A stretch of 64,000 nucleotides of DNA, taken from NCBI RefSeq assembly GCF_009914755.1, contig NC_060931.1. One strand, written 5' to 3'. This stretch comes from the human T2T-CHM13v2.0 reference genome, Homo sapiens. Shown here one piece after another: positions 16,386 to 31,981 of this stretch (position 1 is the first letter of the stretch; each line of letters starts with the position of its first letter). The notes below the pieces were generated by a model that was given only the letters and a program-made list of their open reading frames with translations, was not told where the DNA came from and ran no database searches. Both the position numbers and the translations under genes were made by a program.

Positions 16386-16474
16386 CAGGGAAAAGTTAGA
16401 TATTATCATTGTATCACTGTGATAAGTTATGTATCTGTAAACCACAGAAACCCACTGTAGTTAATTTAATATCA

Positions 16475-16615
16475 TTAGCTAAAATGTATTGAAAACTTGA
16501 TTCATAGCAGGTACTTTTCTAAGTTTTTCATCTCCATTTAATTCTCAGAACAATCCTATGACATAAGAAGCATTAAAGTTGCCACTTCATAGACAGAGAA
16601 ACACAAGATGGAAAG
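16475..16615 (-). mobile_element. MIR remnant
   Basis: atttaattctcagaacaatcctatg...catagacagagaaacac antisense MIR core. Confidence 0.6.
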
Positions 16616-17312
16616 TTTTAGAATCAGGATTCAGTCTCAAATATACACATACTCTTAGTCTCTTACATTATGCTGGTTCCCAATGGAATATATTGGAAGT
16701 GTCAGGAGCTCACAAAACTGATGAGAAAGCTGGTGAACTAGAATTAGAAATGGGCAGGCTCCACAGGGCTAAGAAACAAGCAGGATCATCTGGATTGGGC
16801 ACTAGTGCCAGAATGAATCAACTCCAACCATTTTCAATCCTTTTCACTCTACTAAAACCACAATTCCAAATGGTCTATCTTGGTCACGTGCCTGCCCTTT
16901 GATAAGTCAGAACAGGGAAGCTGATTAACTGTCCCAGATTCTGTGCCTGAGGAGGAACAGCTAATTACCCAGAATTCAAGTTTCCCTTAGGGAAATGGGA
17001 AAGAGAATAACACTGAGTGTCGAATATGTACTACCACCATTCATAAATCCCCTCAGCCTTACTTGCCCCGGAAATTTTTCACTAGCTATCTTGCTCCTAC
17101 CTGCTGACATCTGTGGCCAAGATGTAGGGGTAGGGGTGAAAGGATGGGCTCATTTTCACCCTCCAGACTATTCTCCTCCTTTTAACTCTTATCTCTTCTG
17201 CAATAGTCCTAATTTCCATTCTCTGATACCCATTAGAGGGAAATTACAGTTTTCTATGACTTTCTTTTGTAGAGTGATCTAACTTGTCTTCTTCCATTTC
17301 AGATAAGCCCAC

Positions 17313-17481
17313 CTCTGCATAAAGAAAAAGTCACTTAAGTGTTGTCCAGAACCAAAAAGCCTTTAATAAGTATATTCACTCAATAACACAAAGAATACAA
17401 AGAAGCTTTGTCTTCAGAGATTCTTGTTAGCCAGTTCAATATGAAAATATTAGGTAGAGTTTCTTCTTCTACCTATAGTCC
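17313..17481 (-). pseudogene. Candidate fossil exon, dynein AAA5 N-terminus
   Basis: ctttcttctag acceptor, GAG|gtgggc donor; GL*VEEETLPNIFIL ~ GLP.D..S.EN.II. Confidence 0.5.
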
Positions 17482-17559
17482 CTAGAAGAAAGCTCACAAG
17501 AAATTTTATTCTCTTCTTTCCCAGTGAGGTTTGTTTTTGTTTGGAGATGTATGACATGA

Positions 17560-17800
17560 ATACAAATTTCATAATCATACAGTCCAAAACCCCTTGTTCT
17601 GTTTCTGTATGCCTCAAACCTCCCTTCTGCCTAATGCAGAATATTTCACATAGTTGCTTCTAGGTAAGCACAGTCAATTTCTGTGTTTTTCTCAAGCAAT
17701 GAAATTTTAAAACCCAGTTCTTTAACACTTCTCCACCGGAGTTGATGCTTGGGCTCCAGAGGTTTATCGAATGCCTGTGCACAACTTCCACTCATTTTGT
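17560..17800 (-). pseudogene. Candidate fossil exon, dynein stalk CC2 C-terminus
   Basis: AQAFDKPLEPKHQLRWRSVKELGFKISLLEKNTEIDCAYLEA then YVKYS after a frameshift ~ A.KL..GL..E..RW..S...L......L.GDCLLAAAFLSY; boundaries approximate. Confidence 0.55.
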
Positions 17801-18303
17801 GCTGGCCTGCTACTCCAGGGGTGATCGGCTTCCTCTGTAACCCCTTCTGAGCTGACCATTCATTTGCTTCAGCAAGGCCAGCTGAGTGGCCCACCCTGGC
17901 TCCTTTTTTTTTTGGTCATTTCCTGAGGATGCCAAATCGCCCTGAAGTCAGTGAGTTCTCTCCAACCTGGGTTACATAAATGGCCAATTTTTGAGGCATG
18001 TGGAAGGCTAGCGGCTCTTCTGTCTTCCTTTGGGGACAATGAAGGACACCAAGACATCACTCTGTCCTAACATCCCTTGTGACGATTACTGTCCCGTGGC
18101 TCCCACACCACAAAAGCACAGGAAACAGCTATGAGTCTGCTAACTATCGAAAGGCAGGAGCACACGCTCAGCTCAGGGTCCCCAAACTTATCTCAGGGAT
18201 GGACTTGCCACTCGCATGCCCTCAGCCCAGCCTGCTCTACCACACTGACTGAGGTGGTGGGAGCAGAGGAACAGTGAGACAGAGCAGGCCGATGGAAATC
18301 TAC

Positions 18304-18351
18304 ATGCTGCTTTTCTTCTTCAGACCTGGGAATCTTCATCTGGTCTGGAGA
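18304..18351 (-). pseudogene. Candidate fossil exon, stalk CC2 start
   Basis: ctttttctccttctcgtacacccag acceptor, 48 nt, SPDQMKIPRSEEEKQH ~ V.PKR.KL..AE.EL. Confidence 0.35.
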
Positions 18352-18644
18352 CTGGGTGTACGAGAAGGAGAAAAAGCTGATAGCTTATTATCAGTCTTTT
18401 CCAAACTCCAATCAAAAAATCATTCTGGTACTCTGCTTCTTTTGCTGATAATCCCTTAATAGAGGAATGTCATTGGATAAATACAGAGTATGAGAAAAAG
18501 TATATCTATTAATACTTGACATATAAAGCCATTATACACACCTAAATACATATGTGTATTATATAATAGAGAGAGACTGTAAGTCTAAATTAATATACAG
18601 CCAGTAATCATGGAAAAAAAATGTCTATCACGAAACACATCTGA

Positions 18645-18974
<330 letters not shown>

Positions 18975-20028
18975 TGTACATCTTTCTTTATGCTTCTATT
19001 TATTTGCCAAATTCTCTACTCAGAGAACATATTCTTTTATAACCACGAAATAAGTAAATAATAGTTTTTAAAGCTGCTGTGTTAGTCATAGCAATAGACC
19101 ACTATATCTACATTCCATGGCACTTAATTGCATTTGTAGTAAAAACAGGAAGAAAATAATGAATAAAAATGTATACAGTAAACGATTTTCCCCAAAAAAC
19201 CTTTTCCTTTCTGATATTGCAAACAAACTGCTTGAGTTACAAGCACAGGTTGTTTTTATACAGTGTTCTGAGGTATTCATGATGTAGGCTTACATTGCAA
19301 TCCTATTTGGGAATTAAGACAAATGAGCTAAATTTTTATGTGTTTGTTCCATGTTTTATTTTCACAGACTACTTTCTGAAATCAGTAATTGTCTTGTTCC
19401 GGTAAAAGAAAGCCTTCAAATTAGATATAACTTTTTAAGTCTCCGGACGCACCGTTTGTGCATAGAAAGGTTGCTGAGGAGATGTTCTCAGCCAGGATAG
19501 GAGCTGATTATATAGATGAAGCACTAGGGACTGAGAAGAGCCAGGGATGGATCCAGGAAGGGTCATGCAGGAGGTGGGGAGGGGACCCCGCTTGCTACCA
19601 GCCCACCGCTCCATCCGCCTGCAGTTCACTCTTTGCTCCCATTGTTCTTGGTTAATGTTTTAGAGACAATAGAAGCTGTTACATTTAAAAGAAAAATGCC
19701 TGGTAGGCTGCAGTTTGTAAACAAACCAGAACAGCACTATAGTGCTTTTGAATCATTTGGCAAGAGATTGGGGAAAGCATTTGGATGGATTCCAAGAAGC
19801 ATATTGCTGTGTCCAAATGACTAACTGCCAGTGACTGGTAGTGAATTGATCCGTGTTAGTTCAGGACCTCCAAAGACCTGCTCACAGGTGAAGAATGAGG
19901 AGTTTACATCCTATTCCAGACCAGGCTTCTGACAGATCTCCTAGTTATAGAAGGAGGTCTTTTCATGCTTAATCGCTGGTCTTGGTACATAAAACCTATG
20001 ACATTTTGGGAGACATGACACCAAGTGA

Positions 20029-20328
<300 letters not shown>

Positions 20329-20450
20329 TGTTTTTGTTTTTAATCTCCCATGGTTAAGAAAATAACCCATGATAAAAGGATAATCTTTGGCCTCTGTTGG
20401 GTACAGAGAACAGGCAAACTACACTGGATGTGAACATGGCATCGTGAGTG

Positions 20451-20769
20451 TTTTTTTGTTTGTTTTGTTTTTGTTTTGAGACGGAGTCTCGCTCTGTTGC
20501 TCAGGCTCGAGTGCAGTGGCGCGATCTCGGCTTACTGCAAGCTCCGCCTCCTGGGTTCACGCCATTCTCCTGCCTCAGCCTCCCGAGTAGAGTAGAATAG
20601 CTGGGACTACAGGCCCCCGCCACCATGCCCAGCTAATTTTTTGCATTTTTAGTAGAGACGGGGTTTCACCATGTTAGCCAGGATGGGTCTTGATCTCCTG
20701 ATCTCATGATCCTCCCGCGTTGGCCTCCCAAAGTGCTGGGATTACAGGTGTAAGCCACCATTCCTGGCC
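20451..20769 (-). mobile_element. AluY-like
   Basis: Alu antisense; TSD tgagtgtt; small internal gagta duplication. Confidence 0.92.
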
Positions 20770-20878
20770 CATGAGTGTTCTACAGGTTCTATGCGAGGAA
20801 GGAACATGGCGAGGTAAATGCTGAAACAACATATTTTATCTAAAATCAACTCCAAATCTAGCCTTCTAAAACTCTTAC

Positions 20879-20954
20879 CCTGTTGATAGACTGAATGTAA
20901 TTTGCTTGAATCCACTTAATCACAGACAACATTACATATTTGAGAGTTATGTAA
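20879..20954 (-). pseudogene. Candidate fossil exon, dynein microtubule-binding domain/CC2 (WV.A motif)
   Basis: gtctatag acceptor, AGG|gtaaga donor; open frame YITLKYVMLSVIKWIQANYIQSINR ~ LCKWVRAMY.Y. Confidence 0.55.
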
Positions 20955-21453
20955 CTATAGACAATTAACTTTTAAGAGATTCTAATGACAAATTCATACT
21001 ATAGAACTGGTTAACAAACCTTTGAAATACCCTCATCAAAAGGCCACACTCCTAACCCAGCTACTATTAGTGCTTCAATACTACTATCTTAATTCCCAAG
21101 TTCATCAATCAGTATAAATGTTAAAATTAGTATTTCTTTGATGAAATGAACTGTGTTTATGATATATGGGTTGCCTAGAAATATTGGACTGATACCTCTA
21201 TGACTGCATGAAGGTAGCATAAGAAACTGATGAGTCCATCATCCTTCCACCTTAGGATTAAATCTTTTGGCCTAGAATTCCACTCAGTTGTATGCCCACC
21301 TCTTAAAGGAGTGTTCTGTTGCCTCAGTCAATCCAAAATTCACCTGAGCCAATCCAAAATTAACCTGAACCTTCTTAAAAACAATAATCAGTTTTGCATT
21401 GAAGGGAACCTTTCAGGCAAAAGTTTTCAATGAAGTACTTAAAAGGCCATAGA

Positions 21454-24400
21454 CTAGAGTGTCTCTTGAGGCCTGACCCCGATCCATCCTTCCTCATTGG
21501 GCAGGACTTCCCTTCAGGAACTCCAATAACTCCAGCCAGAGGCTCAGGGACAGAACCTGTATCTCCCTGGGCCTAAGCCCCTAGGGGGAGGGGTGGCTGC
21601 AGTCTGTGCAGGCCAGCAGACACAGCCTTTCCTCCTGGTAGTTCTGAGGAATCTGGACAGCTCAGACAAGTGGGTTTCCCCCCAGCAAGACACACCCCTT
21701 CTACCAAGGGACAAAGTGCTTCATTAAAAGTGTCCTGTTCCCCGTGCTACCCAACTGGGTGAGACCCTCCAACAGAGGCTGTCAGACACCTTATACAGGA
21801 GTGAGCCTATTGGCATCAGCTTGGTGCCCCTTAGGGTCAGAGGTCCCAGAAGAATGAGCAGGCACCCATCTTTGCTGCTCTCCAGCTTCCTTAAGAGACA
21901 TATCCAGGTGTGGGAGTGAATCAGATGAATAGGGGCTAAAGCCCCCAGCAAACTGCAGCAGCCCTACAGAAGAGGGACCTGACCATTGAAAGAAAAACAA
22001 ACAGAAAGCAACAACAAGAATCAACAACAACCAAGAAAAGCCCCCACAAAAACCCCATCCAAGGGTCTGCAGTCTCAAAAACTAGACAAACTCAAAGATG
22101 AGAAAGAATCAACAAAAAATTGCTGAAAACACAAAAGGCCAGAGTGCCTGTTCTCCTCCAAATGATGGCAATGTCTTTCCATCAGGGGTACAGAACTGGA
22201 TGGAGGAACAGATGGATGAATTGACAGAAGTAGGCTTCAGAAGATGGGTAATAAACTACACTGAGCTAACGGAGCTCAGTGTTCTAACCCAATTCAAAAA
22301 AGCTAAGAAACTTGATAAAAGTTTAGAGGAATTGCTAACTAGAATAACCAGTTTAGAGAGGAACATAAATGACCTAATGAAGCTGAAAAACAGCCCAGGA
22401 ACTTTGTGAAACATACACAAGTATCAATAGCTGAATCGACCAAGTGGAAGAGAAGATATCAGAGTTTGAAGACCACCTTACTGAAATAAGGCATGCATAC
22501 AAGACTAGAGAAAAAATTATGAAAAGGAATGAACAAAGCCTCCAAGAAATATGGGACTTCATAAAAAGACCAAACCTATGATTGATTGGAGTACGAGAAG
22601 GAGATTGGGAGAATGGAAACAAGCTAGAAAACATACTGGAGGATATTATCCAGGAGAACTTCCCCAACCTAGCAAGACAGGACAACATTCAAATTCAGGA
22701 AGTACAGAGACCGCCGCTAAGATACTCCATGAGAACATTAACACCAAGACACATAATCATCAGATTCTCCAAGGTCAAAATGAAGGAAAAACTGTCAAGG
22801 GAAAGCCAGAGAAAAAGGCCAGGTCACCTACAAATGGAAGGCCATCAGACTAACAGCAGACCTCTCAGCAGAAAATCTACAAACAAGAAGAGATTGGGGG
22901 CCAATATTCAACATTCTTAAAGGAAAGAATTTTCAACCCAGAATTTCATATCCAGCAAAAATAAGCTTCATAAGAAAATGAGAAATATAAACCTATTCAG
23001 ACAAGCAAATGGTGAGGGATTTTATTATCACCAAGCCTGCCCTGCAAGAACTCCTGAAGGAAGCACTAAATATGGAAAGGAAAATCCAGTACCAGACACT
23101 GCAAAAACACACCAAAATATAAGGACCAATGACACTATGAAGAAACTGCATCAACTAGTGTGCAAAATTACCAAGTAGCATCATAATGACAGGATCAAAT
23201 TCAAACATAGCAAAGGTAAACTCAAACATAAATGAGAAAAATGCCCCAATTAAAAGACACAACTAGCAAATTGGATAAAGAGTCAAGACCCATCATTGTG
23301 CTGTATTCAGGAGACTCATCTCATGTGCAAAGACACAAACATAGGCTAAAAATAAAGGTATAGAGAAAAATTTACCAAGCAAATGGAAAGCAAAAAAAAA
23401 AAAAAAAAAAAAGCAGGGTTTGCAATCCTAGTCTCTGTCAAAACAGACTTTAAGCCAGAAATATCATAAAAGACAAAGAAGGGTATTACATAATGGTAAA
23501 GGGAACAATTCGATAGAAAGAGCTAACTATTCTAAATATATATGCACCAAATACAGGAGCACCCAGATTCATGAAAGAAGTTCTTAGAAACCTACAAAGA
23601 GACTTAGACTCCCACACAATAACAGTGAGAAACTTTAACACCCCACTGTCAGTATTAGATCAACGAGACAGAAAATTAACAAGGATATTCAAGACTTGAA
23701 CTCAGCTCTGGATCAAGTGGACTTAGTAGGCGTCTACAGAACTCTCTACACCAAATCAACAGCATATACATTCTACTCAGTGCCACATGGCACTTATTCT
23801 AAAATCGACCACATAATCAGAAGTAAAACACTCCTCAGCAAATATGAAAGAACTGAAAAAGTAACAGTCTCTCAGACCACAGTGCAATCCAATTAGAACT
23901 CAGAATTAAGAAACTCACTCAAAACCACACAATTATGTGGAAATTGAACAACCTGCTCCTGAATGACTCCTGAGTAAATGGTGAAATGAAGGCAGAAATC
24001 AAGAAGTTATTTGAAACCAATGAGAACGGAGAGACAACCTACCAGAATCTCTGGGACACAGCTAAAGCAGTGTTAAGAGGGAAATTTATAGCACTAAATG
24101 CCCACATCATAAATCTAGAACTATCTAAAATTGACACCCTAACATCATAATAAATAGACCTAGAGAGGCAAGAGCAAACTAATCCAAAAGTTAGCAGAAG
24201 ACAAGAAATAACTAACATCAGAGCAGAACTGAAGGAGATAGAGACATGAAAATCCCTCCAAAAGAATCAATGAATAAAGGGGCTGGTTTTTTGAAAAAAT
24301 TAACAAAATACATAAACTGCTAGCTAGACTAATAAAGAAGAAAAGAGAGAAGAATCAAATAGACACAATAAAAAATGATAAAGAAAATATCACCACTGAC

Positions 24401-27166
24401 CCCACAGGAATACAAACTACCATCAGAGAATACTATAGACACCTCTAGGCAAATAAACTAGAAAATATGGAAGAAATGGATAAATTCCTGGATACATACA
24501 CCCTCCTAAGATTAAACCAAGAAGAAGCTGTATCCCTGAATAACCAATAACAAATTCTGAAATTGAGGTAGTAATAGCCTACCAACCAAAAAAAGCCGAG
24601 GACCAGACAGATTCACAGCTGAATTTCTACCAAACGTACAAAGAGGAGCTGGTACCATTCTTTCTGAAACTATTCCAAACAACTGAAAAGGAGGGACTCC
24701 TCCTTAACTCAGTTTATGAGGCCAGCATCATCCTGATATCAAAACCTGGCAGAGACATAACAAAAAAGGAAACTTTAGGCCAATATCCCTGACGAACATC
24801 GATGCAATAATCCTCAATAAAATACTGGCAAACCTAATCCAGCAGCACATCAAAAAACTTATGCACAAGGATCAAGTCAGCTTCATCCCTGAGATGTAAG
24901 GCTGGTTCAACATACGCAAATCAGTAAATGTAATCCATCATATAAAGAGAACCAAAGACAAAAACCACATGATTATCTCAATACATGCAGAAAAGGCCTT
25001 TGATAAAATCCAACATCTCTTCATGTTAAAAACTCAAACTAGGTATTGATGGCACATATCTCAAAATAATAAGAGCTATTTATGACAAACCCATAGCCAA
25101 TATCATATCAAATGGGCAAACGCTGGAAGCATTCCTTTGAAAACTGGCACAAGACAAGGATGACCTCTTACCACAACTATTCAACATAGTATTGGAAGTT
25201 CTGGCCAGGGCAATCAGGCAAGGGAAAGAAATAAAAAGTATTCAAATAGGAAGAGAGGAAGTCCAATTGTCTCTGTTTGCAGATGATATGATTTTATATT
25301 TAGAAAACCCCATTGTCTCAGCCCAAAAACTCCTGAAACTGATAAGCAACTTCAGCAAAGTCTCAGGATACAAAATCAATGTGGAAAAATCACAAGCATT
25401 CCTTTACACCAAAAATAGACAAGCAGAGAGCCAAATCATGAATGAACTCCCATTTACAATTGCTACAAAGAGAATAAAATACTTAGGAATACAGCTAATA
25501 AGGGATGTGAAGGACCTCTTCAAGGAGAACTACAAACCATTGCTCAAGGAAATAAGAGGACACAAACAAGTGGAAAAACATTCCATCTTCATGGATAGGA
25601 AGAATATTGTGAATGCCCAAAGTAATGTATAGACTCAATGCTATTCCCATCAAACTACCATTGACATTGTTCACAGAATTAGAAAAAACTACTTTATATT
25701 TCATATGGAATCAAAGAAGGCCCAGTATAGCCAAGAGAATCCTAAGCAAAAAGAACAAAGCTAGAGGCATCACACTACCTGACTTCAAACTATACTACAA
25801 GGTTATAGTAACCAAAACAGCATGGTGCTGGTACCAAAACAGACATATAGACCAATGGAACAGAACAGAGACCTCAGAAATAACACTACACATCTACAAT
25901 CATCTGATGTTCAACAAACCTGACAAATACAAGCAATGGGGAAAGGATTTCCTATTTAATAAATAGTGCTGGGAAAACTGACTAGCCATATGCAGAAAAC
26001 TAAAACTGGACCACTCCCTTATACGTTAAACAAAAAGTAAGTCAGGATGGATTAAAGACTTAAATGTAAAACCCAAAACCATAAAACCCTAGAAGAAAAC
26101 CTAGGCAATACCATTCAGGACATAGGGATGTGAAAGATTTCATGACAAAAACACACAAAAGCAATTGCAACAAAAGCCAAAATTGACAAATGGGATCTAA
26201 TTAAACTAAAGAGCTTCTGCACAGCAAAAGAAATTATCATCAGAGTGAACAGGCAACCTACAAAATGGGAGAACATTTTTGCAATCTACCCATCTGATAA
26301 ATGTCTAATATCCAGAATCTACAAGGAACTTAAATTTACAAGAAAAACAACCCCATCAAAAGGTGGGTAAAGGATATGAACTGACACTTCTGAAAAGAAG
26401 ACATTTATGTGGCCAACAAACACACACAAAAAAAGCTCAACATCACTGATCATTGGAGAAATGCAAGTCAAAATCACAATGAGATACCATCTCATGCCAA
26501 TCAAAATGGCAATTATCAAAAAGTAAGGAAACAATAATCCTGGTGAGGCTCCTGAGAATTAGGAATGCTTTTATACTGTTGGTGGGAATGTAAATTAGTT
26601 CAACCATTGTGGAAGACAGTATGGCGATTCCTCAAGAATCTAGAACCAGAAATACCATTTGACCCAGCAATCCCATTACTGGGTATATACCCAAAGGAAT
26701 ATAAATCATTCTACTGTAAAGACACATGTACATGTATATTTATTGCAGCACTATTTACAATAGCAAAGACATGGTACCAGCACAAAGGCCCATCAATGAT
26801 AGACTGGATAAAGAAAATGTTGTACATACACACCAAGGAATACTATACAGCCATAAAAAGGAATGAGATCATGTCCTTTGCAGGGACATGGATGAAACTG
26901 GAAGCCATCATCCTCAACAAACTAACACAGGAACAGAAAACCAAACACCACATGTTCTTCCTTATAAGTGGGAGTTGAACAATGAGAACACATGGACACA
27001 GAGAGAGGAACATCACACCCCAGGGGCTGTTGGGGACTGCAGAGTGAGGGGAAGGAACTTAGATGATGGGTCAGTAGGTGCAGCAAACCACCATGGCACA
27101 CGTATACCTATGCAACAAACCTGCACATTCTGCACGTGTATCCCTTTTTTTCTTTTAAGAAGATAT
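21454..27166 (+). mobile_element. Near-full-length L1PA8A-like LINE-1, disrupted ORF1/ORF2
   Basis: Partial 5'UTR; ORF1 peptides (IIQENFPNLARQ); ORF2 fragments (FADDM); 3'UTR gaacttaga..gggtca.taggtgcagc and tcccttttt..agaaga; TSD aaaagg.cataga (21441-21453, 27273-27285). Confidence 0.92.
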
Positions 27167-27289
27167 TTTTTTAAATGACAAACTTGTCAGGAGGAACAGT
27201 AGCTGCAACATTGAACAGAAATGTATGTATATAACACTTTTTCAAAATTAATTTTAAAAAAATTATTTTTTAAAAAGGTCATAGAACCA

Positions 27290-27607
27290 GCCAGGCATGG
27301 TGGCTCATGCCTATAATCCCAGCACTTTGGGAGGCTGAGGCGGGCAGATCATGAGATCAAGAGATCAAGACCGTCCTGGCCAACATGGTGAAACCCTGTC
27401 TCTACTAAAAATACAAAAGTTAGCCGGGCATGGTGGCGCACGCCTGTAGTCCCTCCTACTCGGGAGACTGAGACAAGAGAATCGCTTGAACACGGGAGGC
27501 AGAGGTTGCAATGAGACGAGATCAGAGGTTGCAGTGAGCCGAGATCTCACCACTGCACTCCAGCCTGGTGACAGAGCAAGACTCCGTCTCAAAAAAAAAA
27601 AAAAAAA
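27290..27607 (+). mobile_element. AluSc-like with an internal 23-bp duplication
   Basis: Alu sense; agaggttgca.tgag.cgagatc twice (27501-27546); TSD catagaacca. Confidence 0.93.
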
Positions 27608-27639
27608 GCCATAGAACCAAAATTCACAGATCTTAAAGA

Positions 27640-27799
27640 AAAGGTTGAATCTGCTCTGGTGCTCTGGGACCTGTTATTAGCCTTATTGCTAATAAATATT
27701 TGTACTGTAACAAAATGTAGTCTAAATCTTGCTTTCTTTGTAACATGCCATCTAGTAGGAAAGTAGTGGAGGAGACCTGAAGTTGTTGCCTACTTTTAC
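27640..27799 (-). pseudogene. Candidate fossil exon, dynein MTBD (K.F..PP motif)
   Basis: ccctctactag acceptor; VKVGNNFRSPPLL ~ EVKSF.NPP.V; 3' boundary uncertain. Confidence 0.4.
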
Positions 27800-28450
27800 C
27801 TAGTAGAGGGCACCTGCCCTTTAAAACACACCCACACCCATTGTGAACAACCAAAATACATGATTGGTTTATTTCAAGCACATGTCTTCATCTCAAACAT
27901 AGTGGCAGAACACTATTTTCTATGCTAAATTTTGGATTGTCCTCAAATTGTACATTTTTTCCCCTTGAGGGTAGATTCTGTACCAATGTCTAAAAGTCAC
28001 CCTTACTAGCAGATGCCTTACAAATATATATATACCCAAATTCAATTTAGTGTGACTATGAATAATCAAACCAAAAATTATAGAAGAAATTAACATTTAA
28101 GATGAACAGACACCCTTAGTAAAGTTAATGTTCTTACAGCAGAGAACACTGATCGCCTTTTTGAAGACTTTTTACATTATTTTCATTTTATAGACAGATC
28201 AACATGGCATGAATTTTCCTCATATCAGATGCTGACTTGTAAGCCTAATTATATCCATATTTAAAGTATTAATGAGTTTTCTCATTAGATTTTCCACACA
28301 GAGGCAAGGAGAGGGCCAATCTAGTTATTTTCCAGGGCATAAGGTTAAAATGCTCTAAAGTTGATGGGAATAAAGAGAAGATGGTAGCATGTCCAGGTTT
28401 ATTTTTAGTCCATTCATCTGCTTGAATTTTATGTTTCAAAAACTGAACTA

Positions 28451-28807
<357 letters not shown>

Positions 28808-29166
28808 CTACCATCGTACCCTGCAATGTGATGTTTAAGAAGAAGATGGCAGAAGAAGACACTCAGCAAATGCTTGGTGCATCCATCTGAAGCACCTACT
28901 TTAGGGCTGGCCTAAGACAAATTATGGCTTAAAACTGGTGACTTTCCAACTTCCCCTTACGTAGCCTGTAAGGGCAAGATGATAGATGCTACTGTCACTA
29001 TTTTGGTTGATAGATGCCTGTTAATTAGGATAGGTAAACTGATATCTGTGAAAATACTATATTCAACTAAACATAAAATCCTGAGGGCTATTTCTAGTAA
29101 TTCTCTAAGTGAATTTCAAGCTTTCCAGTATCCCAACTTTAAATTGAAAGCAATAATATCTATCCA

Positions 29167-29812
29167 TGTTATTTTAGTCAGGGTTTTCTAGAGAGACAGA
29201 ACTGATAGTATACATAGACATATAAAAGGAAATGTATTAGGGGAATAGACTCACTTGATTATGAAGGCTGTGAAGTCCCACCGTAGGCTGTCTGCAAGCC
29301 GGAGAATCAGAAAACCCAGTAGCGTGGCTCAGTTTAAGTCCAAAGGCCTCAGCGCCAAGGAAGCTAATGGTGTAATTCTCAGTCCAAGGCTGAAGGCCCA
29401 AGAGCTGGGAGGAGCTGCTGGTATGAGTCCAGGAGTCCAAAGGCTGGAGAACCTTGAGTTCCACAGGCAGGAAAATAAAAGCACCCTGATTCCAGAAGAG
29501 AAGGAGAATTCACCCTTCCTCTGCCTTTTGTTCCATATAGGCCCCCAGCCAATTGGATGGTGCTTGTCCACATTCAGGGTGGATCTTCCCCACTCAGTCC
29601 ATTGACTCACACACCAATCTCCTTTAGAAACATCCTCACAGGCACACCTGGGGCAGCCAAACCATTTTAATCAAAAGCAAAACCACCTGAGATTCATTTC
29701 AGCAGAAGCGGGATAGGCTCAGAGCCTACAGAAGCATTGAGAATAAACAATGCTTTACCAGCTGAGTATCCCTTAATCCAGTCAAGTTGATAGCCTAAAG
29801 CAACCTTTCACA
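29167..29812 (-). mobile_element. MLT2B-type (ERVL) LTR
   Basis: ttagtcagggttttctagagagacagaac...ctgcaagccggagaa...ccagtcaagttga..aacctttcaca. Confidence 0.75.
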
Positions 29813-30129
29813 TATTGACATCAGATGTGAAGGACTCATTCAACAAACACTTAAAACACTCATTGGGTAACTACTATATTCAAGGCACCTTGTTAAGTTT
29901 TAGAAGTCCAAGTGGTTGCAATCTATCAGACTTACAATTAAACCTTAATGGAAAGTATAAAAAGTAGAAAACAAAGGATCTAATTCAAAGAAGGAAAAAT
30001 AACAGGGATTTGTCAAAAAAAGTAACCCTTTTTCAAATAGTATTTTTCCACTTTTTTGAACCTAAAATGTAGGTCTTAACTTTGGCTGCTCATGAGAACT
30101 ACTGATGATTTGTTTGTAACAGTGCTGGT

Positions 30130-30530
<401 letters not shown>

Positions 30531-31749
30531 ACACTTTTAGAGGAGTGGGGAACAGGCTTCTATATGCAAAAAAACTCTGTAAGTGATTGTGTTATGCAGT
30601 GGGCATTGAGAACCACTGGCCCCAGCAAGGCAACTGGGGAAAGAATGTTAGTTTCCTTTCTCCCCTTCCACCTTCTGAGACTTTGTTACCAAGTTTAGCG
30701 TAAGCTCGGTAGACGGGCTACTTGCCAAACCGTCCTTTTTATTTAGAAGATTGGACATGATCCTCAAATCCAAGTTTCCCTCAAATTGCTAATGATTATG
30801 GCAGTCAAAAAGAGAAAGAGAAGAACTTAGACTATAGTGTAAGGTGACCGGAAAAATCTGATTAAAGGACAAATGTTCAGTTCAAAGGTGTTTCAAGCTG
30901 AGAATAGCATCTCTATTTACTCCTCACGATGTTCATCTCAGGAGGCACTGTACTTTCTACGGTTTACACTCAAATCCTGTAGAGCAGCATTTCTTCTACT
31001 GTCTTTCCCATCTTGGGCTTTCTCAGTTTGTACTTTTTCATGAAAGCCACTCACACTTTGTATTTTGTTTGCTGTTATTTTTAATTTAAAAATGGTTAAA
31101 TCATTTGTTTACATTGTATCTTTGGAGGGAAGCACACCTGGCTTAATTCTTAATTCCCCTTACCATAGGACATTTCCCTCTGAGAAACCCCCAGGTCATA
31201 ATTATCATCTTTCCCAAAGTTTTTCTTGGTCTTCTTAATAGTACTCCACACGGTTAACACTCCATCTGTTCTCACTCCATTGAATGCAATTTAGATTTTA
31301 CTGTATAATCACGGGATTCTGAATGCATAATAAATACTGCCTTTGTTATTAGTTATTCCATGCATTTATGATTTGTCTTCCCAAGTAGATGATAAACATT
31401 TTGTCTGCTAACTCATAGTTCTGCAAATTCAAGAGAGGACTGTGCTTTGTCAATTTTTACTTATCAAAAACCCCCACGTTCAATTGCCTCGACCCTATTG
31501 AGGGTTACTTTTGATTTTGCAAGTAAATAGAAAAAAAGGAATCATTTTCTGAAATCTCTACTTAAAAGCACAAAATTCTCATCATTTTTCCAGGCATTAA
31601 AAGTTGCTGCATGAATCCTATTATTTCCCAGAAGAGTATTTTTAAAAAGTATAGCTGACTTACTCTGTACACATTTAAACTAAGATAAAATACCCACCCC
31701 CAGCCCCCGGCAACGCAGGTTTTTTTTTTTAAAGTCTATTTTCACAAGT

Positions 31750-31981
31750 CATAGGAAAACTCAGATTTAGAGATCTCTAAAATCCTGTAGTGGGACATTC
31801 TGTAAAATGCTCTTCCAAGAAGATAATTCCACTATGGACTTCATGACACTTCCTTGTGTGGTTAATCACAAACAATGTAGCATGAATCAAGGGTTGGAGA
31901 GATTTATAATGCTTCTTTTCCTTGGGACTTTTCAAAGGCATTTTATATCGCCTCATTTGAGGCCTCTATGTGAAAGTTTCC
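31750..31981 (-). pseudogene. Candidate fossil exon, dynein stalk CC1 start
   Basis: cttttttctaag acceptor; RGLK* and YKSLQPLIHAT ~ GL.KL...L.ALQP.L; frameshifted. Confidence 0.4.
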
